64,000 nt of DNA. Origin: an uncultured Wenzhouxiangella sp. (lineage in GTDB: Bacteria; Pseudomonadota; Gammaproteobacteria; Xanthomonadales; Wenzhouxiangellaceae). Where the stretch lies: NCBI GenBank assembly GCA_964504865.1, contig CAZDFS010000008.1, positions 6,711 to 70,710 of the forward strand. The letters run 5' to 3'. Made by a program: the position numbers and the translations under genes. The notes under the pieces were generated by a model. That model had not been told where the DNA came from and did not search any database. It saw only the letters and a program-made list of their open reading frames with translations. Shown in pieces: positions 1 to 8,522 of this stretch (position 1 is its first letter; every line of letters begins with the position of its first letter).

Positions 1-352
1 CGAGGACACGAACCAGTGAATTGGTCTCGGAATCCGGGTGCGCGGCGATGATCAGTGGCGCACTGGGCTTTTGCGCCCGCTCGCGTTCAAGATTGGCGCG
101 AACAGCATCGGGTTCAACCCGTCGATCGTCAATGGTGATGAAACTGAGCTGGTTGATGCGCACCAGAATCGGCAGTGTTTCTGGATCGGGCTGCTGCTGT
201 TCTTCGGCCTGCGTGGGACGCGAGATATCGAGGCCTTTCTCCTTGACGAAGGAGGTGGTGACGATAAAGAAGATCAACATGATGAAGACGATGTCGAGCA
301 TCGGCGTGATGTTGATCTCTGCTTCGTCCTCGCTGCGATGACGCTTGCGCAT
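1..352 (-). CDS. exbD: Biopolymer transport protein ExbD/TolR family (C-terminal end runs off the window)
   Basis: Not in the ORF track. My reverse translation from ATG at 352 gives MRKRHRSEDEAEINITPMLDIVFIMLIFFIVTTSF..., the typical ExbD/TolR N-terminus plus TM helix. The frame stays open to position 1. Confidence 0.75.
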   Translation of the reverse strand, partial: MRKRHRSEDEAEINITPMLDIVFIMLIFFIVTTSFVKEKGLDISRPTQAEEQQQPDPETLPILVRINQLSFITIDDRRVEPDAVRANLERERAQKPSAPLIIAAHPDSETNSLVRVL

Positions 353-440
353 GGCTGTGGGCCTCGCCCGAACTGATCGAAGGCCTGAGAATACCGCAGG
401 CGAGCGCAGGACGCCAACTCCAGCGCCGGACGCCCTCCCC

Positions 441-1802
441 TCAGGACTCGGAGGATTTCCTCGGGCGCGACCAGCCGGGAATGCTGCGCTGGCGAGCGCG
501 AGCCACCGTGAGCTCGCCGGCCGGGGCCTCGTGGGTAACCACACTGCCCGCTCCGACCACGGCGCGTTCGCCAATGCGGACAGGCGCCACCAGCGCGCTG
601 TTCGATCCGATGAAGGCGCCGGGCCCGATCTCGGTGCGGTGCTTGCTGACCCCGTCGTAGTTGCAGGTGATGGTGCCCGCGCCGATATTGGCCTCGGCGC
701 CCACCTCGGCATCGCCGATGTAGCTCAGGTGACTGGCCTTGGCGCCCGGCGCGAAGTGGGCATTCTTGGTCTCGACGAAGTTACCGATCTTGACCCCGGC
801 CTCGAGCCGCGTGCCCGGTCGAATTCGAGCGAAGGGGCCCAGGGTGCAGGGGCCTTCGGTGATCGCGCCTTCGATGACACAGTAGGGCTTCAGGCAGGTG
901 CCGGCGGCCAGGTGCGCGCCATCGACGACGCAGCCGGTGCCGATCTGACAACCATCCCCCAGCCTCACCTCGCCGATGAGGGCCACGTTGGCATCGATGA
1001 AGACATCGCGACCGACCTCGACCTGGCCGCGAATCTGCACCGTCTCGGGCGCTGCCAGGGTAGCGCCCGCGGCCAGCAGCGCCTGACGCGCGCGGCGCTG
1101 GAACACGGCCTCGATCTGAGCCAGCTGAGCGCGGTCGTTGGCGCCGAGCAGCTCCTCGGCCGCCTCGGCAATGGCGGCCCGGACCGTTCGATCCTCGTCC
1201 GCCGCCAGGCCGATGCAGTCGGTCAGGTAATACTCACCCTGGGCGTTGTTTCGGTCGATCCGCTCCAGCCAGCCGGCCAGGTCCGCCGCCCGCGCCGCCA
1301 GGACACCGCTATTGACCTCGCGCACCGCGCGTTCCTCGTCGCTGGCGTCCTTTTCCTCGCGAATCATGCTGACCTGCCCGTCCGCACCGCGCAGGATGCG
1401 GCCGTAGCCGGTCGGGTTCTCGGCGATAAAGCTCAGGATCGACAGGTCCGCGTCGAGGTCCAGCAAGGCCCGCAGGGTCTCGGGCCGGACCAGCGGCATA
1501 TCGCCCGGCAGGATCAGCAGGCGGCTGTCGCGGTCCACCTGCGGGAGCACTTGCGCCGCGGCGTGGCCGGTGCCCAGGCGTTCGGCCTGGGTCACGAGCC
1601 GGCAGGACGAACCGTCGAGCGCCCGCTCGACGTGCTCCGCGCCGGCACCGACGACGACGTGGATGCGGTCCGGGTCGAGCTGCCGCACCGAATCCAGCAG
1701 GCGCAGCAGCATCGCCCGGCCGCCGATCGGCTGCAGGACCTTGGGATAGGCTGAATTCATTCGCCGACCCTCGCCGGCGGCAAGAACGATCACTTCCAGC
1801 AT
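441..1802 (-). CDS. glmU: Bifunctional UDP-N-acetylglucosamine pyrophosphorylase / GlcN-1-P N-acetyltransferase
   Basis: 453 aa. N-terminal LAAGEGRRM nucleotidyltransferase motif, C-terminal left-handed beta-helix hexapeptide repeats, typical GlmU length. Confidence 0.95.
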   Translation of the reverse strand: MLEVIVLAAGEGRRMNSAYPKVLQPIGGRAMLLRLLDSVRQLDPDRIHVVVGAGAEHVERALDGSSCRLVTQAERLGTGHAAAQVLPQVDRDSRLLILPGDMPLVRPETLRALLDLDADLSILSFIAENPTGYGRILRGADGQVSMIREEKDASDEERAVREVNSGVLAARAADLAGWLERIDRNNAQGEYYLTDCIGLAADEDRTVRAAIAEAAEELLGANDRAQLAQIEAVFQRRARQALLAAGATLAAPETVQIRGQVEVGRDVFIDANVALIGEVRLGDGCQIGTGCVVDGAHLAAGTCLKPYCVIEGAITEGPCTLGPFARIRPGTRLEAGVKIGNFVETKNAHFAPGAKASHLSYIGDAEVGAEANIGAGTITCNYDGVSKHRTEIGPGAFIGSNSALVAPVRIGERAVVGAGSVVTHEAPAGELTVARARQRSIPGWSRPRKSSES

Positions 1803-1959
1803 GGTTCAACAGACTCGCTTGGCGTGGGTGGGATGCGTGCAGCGCCAGAGTATAACGAGACCGATGGCGCTCACGGTCGCCAAGGCGATTCCTGCACTGG
1901 TCCCTGCATGGGCCTGTGACAGGGTGCTCGTCAGCGACTTCTGGACTCAGAAATAGATA

Positions 1960-1987
1960 GGCCCCGGGTGAGGGAGGACCCGGGGCC
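1960..1987 (-). terminator. GC-rich 10-bp-stem hairpin, possible polA intrinsic terminator (see sRNA finding for an alternative)
   Basis: ggccccgggt-gagggagg-acccggggcc. On the minus strand it is followed by a U-rich CUAUCUAUUUCU. Confidence 0.4.
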
Positions 1988-2178
1988 TGGGGTTGGATCC
2001 GGTTTGGGGACTGTGACCGAATCCATGTTGGCCTGTCTAGGGAGGGCGACAGGCCGAACCATGCACATGGTTAACTGAATAGACCGGCTTGAGCCGGGAA
2101 AAGTTTCAAAAGCCATCGAAAAAGTGGCGGTTTTTTAATTTCCTATTGATTTTCAGAGAGTTGTTCGGGATTCGGCCC

Positions 2179-4875
2179 TCAATGCGCCGAGTCCCAATCC
2201 TCGCCGGACCCCACGTCAACCTCGAGGGGCACGTCGAGGCTGGCAGCGGCGGACATTCGCTCGGCCACACCGCGGGTCACCTCATCGAGGGCGGACCGCT
2301 CGACCTCCAGAACGAGCTCATCGTGCACCTGCATGACCAGGCGGGCGGGCACGGACTCGGACTGGATCCAGCCATCCACATCGATCATGGCGCGCTTGAT
2401 GATGTCCGCCGCCGTGCCCTGCATCGGTGCATTGATGGCGGCGCGTTCGGCGGCCTGACGGCGCTGCGGATTCCTGGCCTTGATTTCATCGAGCCACAGC
2501 CGCCGGCCGAACAGGGTTTCGACATAGCCCTTCTCACGCGCACCGGCTCGGGTCTTGTCCATGTAATCGCGCACGCCCGGATAGCGCTCGAAATAGCGTT
2601 CGATGTAGGCATCTGCTTCCTTGCGATCGACCTCGAGCTGGCGGGCCAGGCCCCAGCCGCTCATGCCGTACATCAGACCGAAGTTGATCGCCTTGGCCGC
2701 CCGACGCTGGCCATCCTCGACCGCATCGGGCGCGCAGTCGAAGACCTCGGCCGCCGTCGCGCGATGCACGTCCAGACCCTGCTCGAAGGCGTCGAGCAGG
2801 CCCTTGTCCCCCGACAGGTGCGCCATGATGCGCAGCTCGATCTGGGAGTAGTCGGCGGCCATCAGGACATAGCCCTCGGGGGCGACGAAGGCCTTGCGGA
2901 TGCGGCGGCCCTCGGCGGTGCGGATCGGAATGTTCTGCAGGTTCGGGTCGGCTGAGGACAGGCGCCCGGTGGCGGCCACCGCCTGGTGATAGTGCGTATG
3001 AATCCGGCCGGTGTCCGGATGGATCTTTTCCGGCAGGCGGTCCGTGTAGGTGCTCTTGAGCTTGGCCAGGGAGCGATGCTCGAGGATCAGGCGCGGCAGG
3101 GCGTAGTCCGCCGAGAGTTCCTGCAGCACGTCCTCGGCGGTCGAGGGCTGACCCTTGGGCGTCTTGCGGACCACGGGAAGCTCGAGCTCCTCGAACAGGA
3201 TCTGCTGCAGCTGCTTCGGCGACCCCAGGTTGAATTCGCGGCCGGCCTCGTCGTGGGCCCTGGCCTCGATCGCCTCCAGCCGTTCCTCGATCTCGGCGCT
3301 CTGGCGGGCCAGCTGATCAGGATCGAGCGCCACGCCGATCCATTCCATCCGCGCCAGCACGGGAATCAGCGGAATCTCGAGGGACTCATAGATCGCCTGG
3401 GGACCCGCCTGGGCTTTCAGCTTCGGCCATAGGGTCTGGTGCAGGGCCAGCGTGACGTCGGCGTCTTCGGCGGCGTAGTCGGCGGCTTTCGCCACCGGCA
3501 CCTGATCGAAGGTCAGCTGCTGCTTGCCCTTGCCGGCGACCGACTCATAGCTCTGGGTCTGGCGGCCCAGGTAGCGGCCGGCGAGGGAGTCCATATCATG
3601 GCGCGTGGCCGTCGAGTTGAAGACGTAGGACTCGAGCATCGTGTCGTGCCGGATGCCCCGAAACTCCAGGCCGGCGCGACGCAGCACGTTCAGATCGTAT
3701 TTCAGATGCTGCCCGACCTTGGCCTTCTCCTCATCGGCCAGCAGCGGCGCGACACGCTCGAGCACCTCATCAATGCTGAACTCGACGGACTGATCGGCGT
3801 GGCGCAGCGGGACGTACCAGGCCTGTCCGAGCTCAACGGCAAACGCGAGGCCGACCAGCTCTGCATCGAGCGGCTCGAGGCTGGTCGTTTCCGTATCGAA
3901 GGCGATCAGATCCGCTGATTCCAGCGCGTCGATGAGCGCATCGAGTTCGGCGTGGGTGGTCACCAGCCGAACCTCGAGGTCGGGCTGATCGGCCGCAACA
4001 GCGTCCTGATTCTCGCCCTCGCCGCTCTGAAAATCCCGGAGCCAGGAGCTAAAGCCGAAGCGCTTGAGCAGCTCGACCATGCGCGGGGGCTGGGGCGACG
4101 GCGGCGGAATCGTCTCTGGCGAACGATCGAGTTCCACGGATTCGTCGAGGGCGACCAGCTGCCGGCTCAGGGGCAGCTGATCGAGGGCGGCGCGCAGATT
4201 CTCGCCGATCTTGCCGCCCACCGAATCGGCCTGGGCGATGATCTCGTCGAGGCTGCCGTACTGCTTGAGCCATTTGGCAGCGGTCTTGGGGCCGCATTTT
4301 TCGACGCCTGGGATGTTGTCCGAGCTGTCGCCGGTCAGGGCCAGAAAGTCCCCGATCAGCGCTGGTCCAACGCCGAACTTCTCCTCGACCGCCGCTGGAT
4401 CGTAGCGCTTGTCCTGCATGCTGTCTTCGAGCACGACGGCCTTTGAGACCAGCTGTGCCAGGTCCTTGTCCCCGGAGGAGATCAGCACCTTGAGGCCGCT
4501 CGATTCCGCCGCCCGCGCCAGGGTCGCGATCACGTCGTCGGCCTCGACGCCAGCGACTTCGATCCGCTCGATGCCCATCGCGTCGATGAGCGTCTTGAGG
4601 GGCTCGATCTGGGCGCGAAGCTCGTCTGGCATCGACGGACGATTGGCCTTGTAGTCGTCGTAGAGCTCGTGGCGAAAGGTCTTTCCAGGCGCATCGAAAA
4701 TCACCGCGACGCGATCCGGCTTGTGGGCCTGGATCAGGCGCCGAAGCATGTTGGCCACGCCGAAGATGGCGCCCGTGGGCTCGCCTTCGGCGTTGGTCAG
4801 AGACGGCAGCGCGTGGAAAGCGCGATAAAGGTAGGAGGAGCCATCGACCAGGCAGAGCGTTTCAGTCTGAGACAT
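2179..4875 (-). CDS. polA: DNA polymerase I
   Basis: About 900 aa with 5'-nuclease, 3'-5' exonuclease and family A polymerase regions (e.g. QVHDELV). The track ORF starts at TTG 4890. ATG at 4875 (MSQTETLCLVDGSSYLYRAF) is the likelier start. Confidence 0.95.
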   Translation of the reverse strand: MSQTETLCLVDGSSYLYRAFHALPSLTNAEGEPTGAIFGVANMLRRLIQAHKPDRVAVIFDAPGKTFRHELYDDYKANRPSMPDELRAQIEPLKTLIDAMGIERIEVAGVEADDVIATLARAAESSGLKVLISSGDKDLAQLVSKAVVLEDSMQDKRYDPAAVEEKFGVGPALIGDFLALTGDSSDNIPGVEKCGPKTAAKWLKQYGSLDEIIAQADSVGGKIGENLRAALDQLPLSRQLVALDESVELDRSPETIPPPSPQPPRMVELLKRFGFSSWLRDFQSGEGENQDAVAADQPDLEVRLVTTHAELDALIDALESADLIAFDTETTSLEPLDAELVGLAFAVELGQAWYVPLRHADQSVEFSIDEVLERVAPLLADEEKAKVGQHLKYDLNVLRRAGLEFRGIRHDTMLESYVFNSTATRHDMDSLAGRYLGRQTQSYESVAGKGKQQLTFDQVPVAKAADYAAEDADVTLALHQTLWPKLKAQAGPQAIYESLEIPLIPVLARMEWIGVALDPDQLARQSAEIEERLEAIEARAHDEAGREFNLGSPKQLQQILFEELELPVVRKTPKGQPSTAEDVLQELSADYALPRLILEHRSLAKLKSTYTDRLPEKIHPDTGRIHTHYHQAVAATGRLSSADPNLQNIPIRTAEGRRIRKAFVAPEGYVLMAADYSQIELRIMAHLSGDKGLLDAFEQGLDVHRATAAEVFDCAPDAVEDGQRRAAKAINFGLMYGMSGWGLARQLEVDRKEADAYIERYFERYPGVRDYMDKTRAGAREKGYVETLFGRRLWLDEIKARNPQRRQAAERAAINAPMQGTAADIIKRAMIDVDGWIQSESVPARLVMQVHDELVLEVERSALDEVTRGVAERMSAAASLDVPLEVDVGSGEDWDSAH

Positions 4876-4992
4876 GGAAAGACTTTTCAAAAAGAACGGC
4901 CTCCATGATAGCGAAACGCCATCCGATCAACGGCAAAGTCAGAGCACTCTGCTAGACTCAAGTTTCTTATCGGCTCAGGAGCGACGAACACG

Positions 4993-5370
4993 ATGATCAT
5001 TCAGCGTTTCACTTGGTATTTCAAGGGACTGGCATTGATTGGGCTGTTGGCACTGGCCGTTCCCGTCCTCGCCCAGCAGACCGACGAGGTGCCGCCCCCA
5101 CCGCCGATCCCAGATCCGGAGCCGCTTCCACCGAAGGTGATCGACCCCGACGAGCAGCTCGAGCCGCAGGTGGTCATTCGTCAGGAAGACGGCGAACAGA
5201 TCGAGGAGTATTCGCGCAACGGCGTCGTGTACATGATTCGAGTCGTCCCCGCGGCGGGGCCGGCCTACTACCTCATCGACACCACCGGCGACGGCAATTT
5301 CAACTCACGCTTTCAGCACGACCAGATCAATCCGGTCTATCCGGCTCACTGGAAGCTGATCGAGTGGTAG
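4993..5370 (+). CDS. Secreted DUF2782-family protein
   Basis: 125 aa with a signal peptide, a Pro-rich linker and a ...GVVYMIRVVPAAGPAYYLIDTTGDGNF core. Divergent from polA, as DUF2782 genes are in pseudomonads (recollection). Confidence 0.65.
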   Translation: MIIQRFTWYFKGLALIGLLALAVPVLAQQTDEVPPPPPIPDPEPLPPKVIDPDEQLEPQVVIRQEDGEQIEEYSRNGVVYMIRVVPAAGPAYYLIDTTGDGNFNSRFQHDQINPVYPAHWKLIEW

Positions 5371-6140
5371 GCCTCGGCCAGGGCCAGGAACTCCTCGAGC
5401 GAGAGGGTTTCGGGCCGCGCTGACGGAGCGATGCCGGCAGCCTCGATAGCGGCCTCGTCGAGATGTTTCTTCAGGCTGTTCCGCAGGGTCTTGCGCTTCT
5501 GATTGAAGGCCGCCTGTACCACGGCGGCCAGGGCCGGCCGAATCGCGCGCTCGGCCGCACCGAGGCTCACGGGAGTCATCAGGATGATCGATGAATCGAC
5601 CCGAGGCGGGGGCTCGAAGGCCTCCGGCGGGACGTCGAAGAGCCCCTCCATGTCGCAGTGAAAGCGAGCCATGACCGACAGGCGCCCGTACTGGCGCGAG
5701 CCCGGTTCGGCCACCAGACGCGTCACGACCTCCTTCTGCAGCATGAAGACCATATCGGCGATCCAGGCAGCCTGGTCGAAGAGGTGAAACAGCAGCGGCG
5801 TCGAAATGTTGTAGGGCAGATTGCCGACCACGCGCAGGGAGGACGGCCCGGTCGCCAGACGCGAGAAGTCGAATCGCAGGGCGTCGGCCTGGTGGATGAC
5901 GAGCTCCGCCGGCTCGCCCAGGCGGCGCGGCAGGTCGAGCGCCAGGTCACGATCGAGCTCGACGACGTGCAGGCGGCCGACAGCCTGGAGCAGCGGGCGG
6001 CTGAGCACCCCCTCCCCCGGTCCGATTTCGACCAGGGCATCACCCGGGCGCGGATCGATGGCCGACACGATGCGGTCGATGACCGCCGAGTCGCGCAGGA
6101 AGTGCTGACCGAAGCGCTTGCGCGGACGATGAGCGCTCAC
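5346..6140 (-). CDS. rsmA: 16S rRNA (adenine1518/1519-N6) dimethyltransferase
   Basis: 264 aa. KRFGQHFL N-terminus, VEIGPGxG SAM motif, NLPYNIS motif. Last gene of the lptD-surA-pdxA-rsmA synteny. Confidence 0.93.
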   Translation of the reverse strand: MSAHRPRKRFGQHFLRDSAVIDRIVSAIDPRPGDALVEIGPGEGVLSRPLLQAVGRLHVVELDRDLALDLPRRLGEPAELVIHQADALRFDFSRLATGPSSLRVVGNLPYNISTPLLFHLFDQAAWIADMVFMLQKEVVTRLVAEPGSRQYGRLSVMARFHCDMEGLFDVPPEAFEPPPRVDSSIILMTPVSLGAAERAIRPALAAVVQAAFNQKRKTLRNSLKKHLDEAAIEAAGIAPSARPETLSLEEFLALAEAYHSISFQ

Positions 6141-7117
6141 GAGGCGCGCTCGATGAGCTCCTGGGCGAGGTCCACGGCCGCGCGCAGGCTGCCCGGATCA
6201 GCCTTTCCCTGCCCGGCCAGATCGAGGGCGGTGCCGTGGTCGACGGACGTGCGGATGAACGGCAGACCCAGGGTGACGTTGACCGCCTGGCCAAAGCCGG
6301 CGTGCTTGAGCACGGGCAGGCCCTGGTCGTGATACATGGCCAGCACGGCATCGAAGCCCTCGAGCTGGCTCGGCAGAAAGGCCGTGTCTGCCGGCAGCGG
6401 CCCGCTCAGCGACATCCCATCGGCGCGAGCCTGCTCGAGCACCGGCTCGATGACGTCGATTTCCTCGCGCCCCAGATGCCCGGCCTCTCCGGCGTGGGGA
6501 TTGAGGCCTAGCACGGCGATATGGGGCCGTTCGAGGCCGAAGCGATCGATGAGGTCCCGGTTCAGGATCTCGAGGACCGCGCGCACGCGCTCGGTAGTGA
6601 CGGCCTCGGCGACGTCGCGCAGGGGCAGGTGGGTCGTGACCAGGGCCACGCGTAGCGACCCGGCGGTCAGGAGCATGACCACCCGCGCCACGCCGGCCCG
6701 CTCGGCGAGGAACTCCGTGTGGCCGCTGAAGGGCACGCCCGCATCGTTGATCACTCCCTTGTGGATCGGCCCCGTGACCAGGCCGGCAGCGCGACCGCTG
6801 AGGCAGGCCTCGGCGGCGCGCTCGAGGCATTCGAGCACGTAGGGCGCGTTGCCGGGATCGAGGCGACCCGGCGTGGCCGGATAGCGCATGGCTACGGGCC
6901 AGCAGCGGAGCCGACCGACGACAGGCGGTCTCTCTCCGGCCTCCTCCGGATCCATGCGATCGATCTCGAGGGCCAGACCCAGCGCGTCGGCGCTTCGAGA
7001 CAGCAGCGTCGGGTCGGCCACCAGCAGCAGGCCAGGATCCTCCAGCGCCAGCCGGCAGGCGAGCTCCGGCCCGATGCCGGCCGGCTCGCCGGGCGTGAGA
7101 AGAAGCGGTCTGGCCAT
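6137..7117 (-). CDS. pdxA: 4-hydroxythreonine-4-phosphate dehydrogenase
   Basis: 326 aa. GEPAGIGPE N-terminus, GHTEFLA and DHGTA motifs. 4-nt overlap with rsmA. Confidence 0.93.
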   Translation of the reverse strand: MARPLLLTPGEPAGIGPELACRLALEDPGLLLVADPTLLSRSADALGLALEIDRMDPEEAGERPPVVGRLRCWPVAMRYPATPGRLDPGNAPYVLECLERAAEACLSGRAAGLVTGPIHKGVINDAGVPFSGHTEFLAERAGVARVVMLLTAGSLRVALVTTHLPLRDVAEAVTTERVRAVLEILNRDLIDRFGLERPHIAVLGLNPHAGEAGHLGREEIDVIEPVLEQARADGMSLSGPLPADTAFLPSQLEGFDAVLAMYHDQGLPVLKHAGFGQAVNVTLGLPFIRTSVDHGTALDLAGQGKADPGSLRAAVDLAQELIERAS

Positions 7118-7146
7118 GGGAAACTCGCTCGCCGCCGCGCGGCGAG

Positions 7147-8433
7147 TCAGAGTCGAATTTCGACGAAGGATTCGTCGCGCAGCTGACGCAGGAAGGAGTC
7201 GACTTCCTCCTCCGCCTTCTGATTGAACACGATTTCTCGCGCGCGAGCACGCAGCGTTTCCTCCGTACGGTCCGCGTCGCGCTCGCCCACGAGCTTGAGC
7301 AGGTGCCAGCCGTTGGGCGTCTGGAAGGGCTCGCTGAGCTCGTCGATCTCGAGCTGATCGACCACCGCCTGGATCTGATTGCCGAAAGCGCCTGCCTGGA
7401 ACCAGTCCAGCATGCCGCCGATATTGGCCGAGGACTCGTCCATCGAATGCTCACGCGCCAGCTCGGCGAAGTCGGCACCGTCCTCGAGCTGCGCATGCAG
7501 GTCACGGATCTGCGCCTCTGCTTCGGCAGGGGTAATCAATTCGTTCGGCCGGATCAGAAGGTGCCTGGCCTGGTATTCGCGAACGATGACTTCCTGCTGT
7601 TCGCGGCGGTCGCGGACCGCCAGAATCAGGAAGCCGACGGGTGAGCGCAGCGGCACGGTGACGCCGCCCACGCCGGCGCTCTGGATCGCTTCGGCCACTT
7701 CTGGTGACAGGGCGTTGATGCTGCGCCAGCCGACTTCGCCGCCCTCGAGGGCATTCGGGCTCTGGGAATAGGTCAGCGCCGCGGTCGCGAAGTCCAGATC
7801 CTGGTTGACGATCCGATCGCGGACCTCGACGGCCTGCTGCTGCGCTTCCTGGACCTGAGCCTGGCTCGGCGATTCCGGCACGGGGATGATGATCTGAGAG
7901 AGCAGATACTCATCGCCGCCGAGGCGCTCCGAGGCCAGGATGATGTCAATTTCCGTATCGCTGATCTCATCCATGGAATTGACGACCCGCTGGCGCAGGC
8001 GGCTGGACATGACTTCCTCGCGGATACTGCGTCGGAATTCGGCGAAGTCGACGCCCTCGGACTCCACCGCGCGGCGCAGCTGCGGGAGCTCCAGGCCGTT
8101 CTGCTGGGCGACCTGCTGCAGGGTCTGGTCCACATCCAGATCGGAGACTCGGATGCCCGTCGCTTCGGCGCGCAGCACTTCGAGTCGAGTCAGGATCAGG
8201 CGCTCGAGGACCTGCTCTTCGATCAGGCTGCGCGGCGGAACGCGCTCGCCGGCGGCCTGCGCCTGGCGCTCGATTCGTTCGATGGCATCATCGAGTTCTG
8301 ACCGCATGATCACATCGTCCTCGACCAGCGCCACGATCGAATCCACGGGCTGCAGGTCCTGGGCCTGAAGCAGCATCGGCAGTAGCAGCAGGCCCGCTGC
8401 GATTCCTCGCAAGATTGGCGTTCGGTAGTTCAT
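7147..8433 (-). CDS. surA: Periplasmic chaperone / peptidyl-prolyl isomerase SurA
   Basis: 428 aa. Signal peptide, SurA N-domain and two parvulin-like segments. Sits between lptD and pdxA. Confidence 0.9.
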   Translation of the reverse strand: MNYRTPILRGIAAGLLLLPMLLQAQDLQPVDSIVALVEDDVIMRSELDDAIERIERQAQAAGERVPPRSLIEEQVLERLILTRLEVLRAEATGIRVSDLDVDQTLQQVAQQNGLELPQLRRAVESEGVDFAEFRRSIREEVMSSRLRQRVVNSMDEISDTEIDIILASERLGGDEYLLSQIIIPVPESPSQAQVQEAQQQAVEVRDRIVNQDLDFATAALTYSQSPNALEGGEVGWRSINALSPEVAEAIQSAGVGGVTVPLRSPVGFLILAVRDRREQQEVIVREYQARHLLIRPNELITPAEAEAQIRDLHAQLEDGADFAELAREHSMDESSANIGGMLDWFQAGAFGNQIQAVVDQLEIDELSEPFQTPNGWHLLKLVGERDADRTEETLRARAREIVFNQKAEEEVDSFLRQLRDESFVEIRL

Positions 8434-8522
8434 AAGCGTGTGTTGTCCAATTCCTAAGGTCTTTTTTCAAGTGGCTGTCGGTATCGTCGATGTCGAGCGG
8501 ATTTCAAACCGCAGACCGGTCA

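Noticed and set aside
345-1754. 469-aa plus-strand ORF (plus 1309-1809 minus, 965-1171 minus)
   Set aside because: It lies entirely antisense or out of frame to glmU. The Ala/Arg/Gly/Asp-rich low-complexity composition is typical of high-GC shadow ORFs, and I recognise no motifs.
1803-2178. Spot 42 (spf) homologue, because spf lies next to polA in E. coli
   Set aside because: I see no resemblance to the Spot 42 sequence. The best terminator-like T-run is on the strand opposite to polA, and Spot 42 is restricted to enterobacteria and their close relatives as far as I know.
6198-7505. 435-aa minus-strand ORF spanning the pdxA/surA junction
   Set aside because: It is an alternative frame of pdxA and surA. 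It is extremely Arg/Pro/Gly/Ser-rich, whereas both overlapping genes have clear family signatures.
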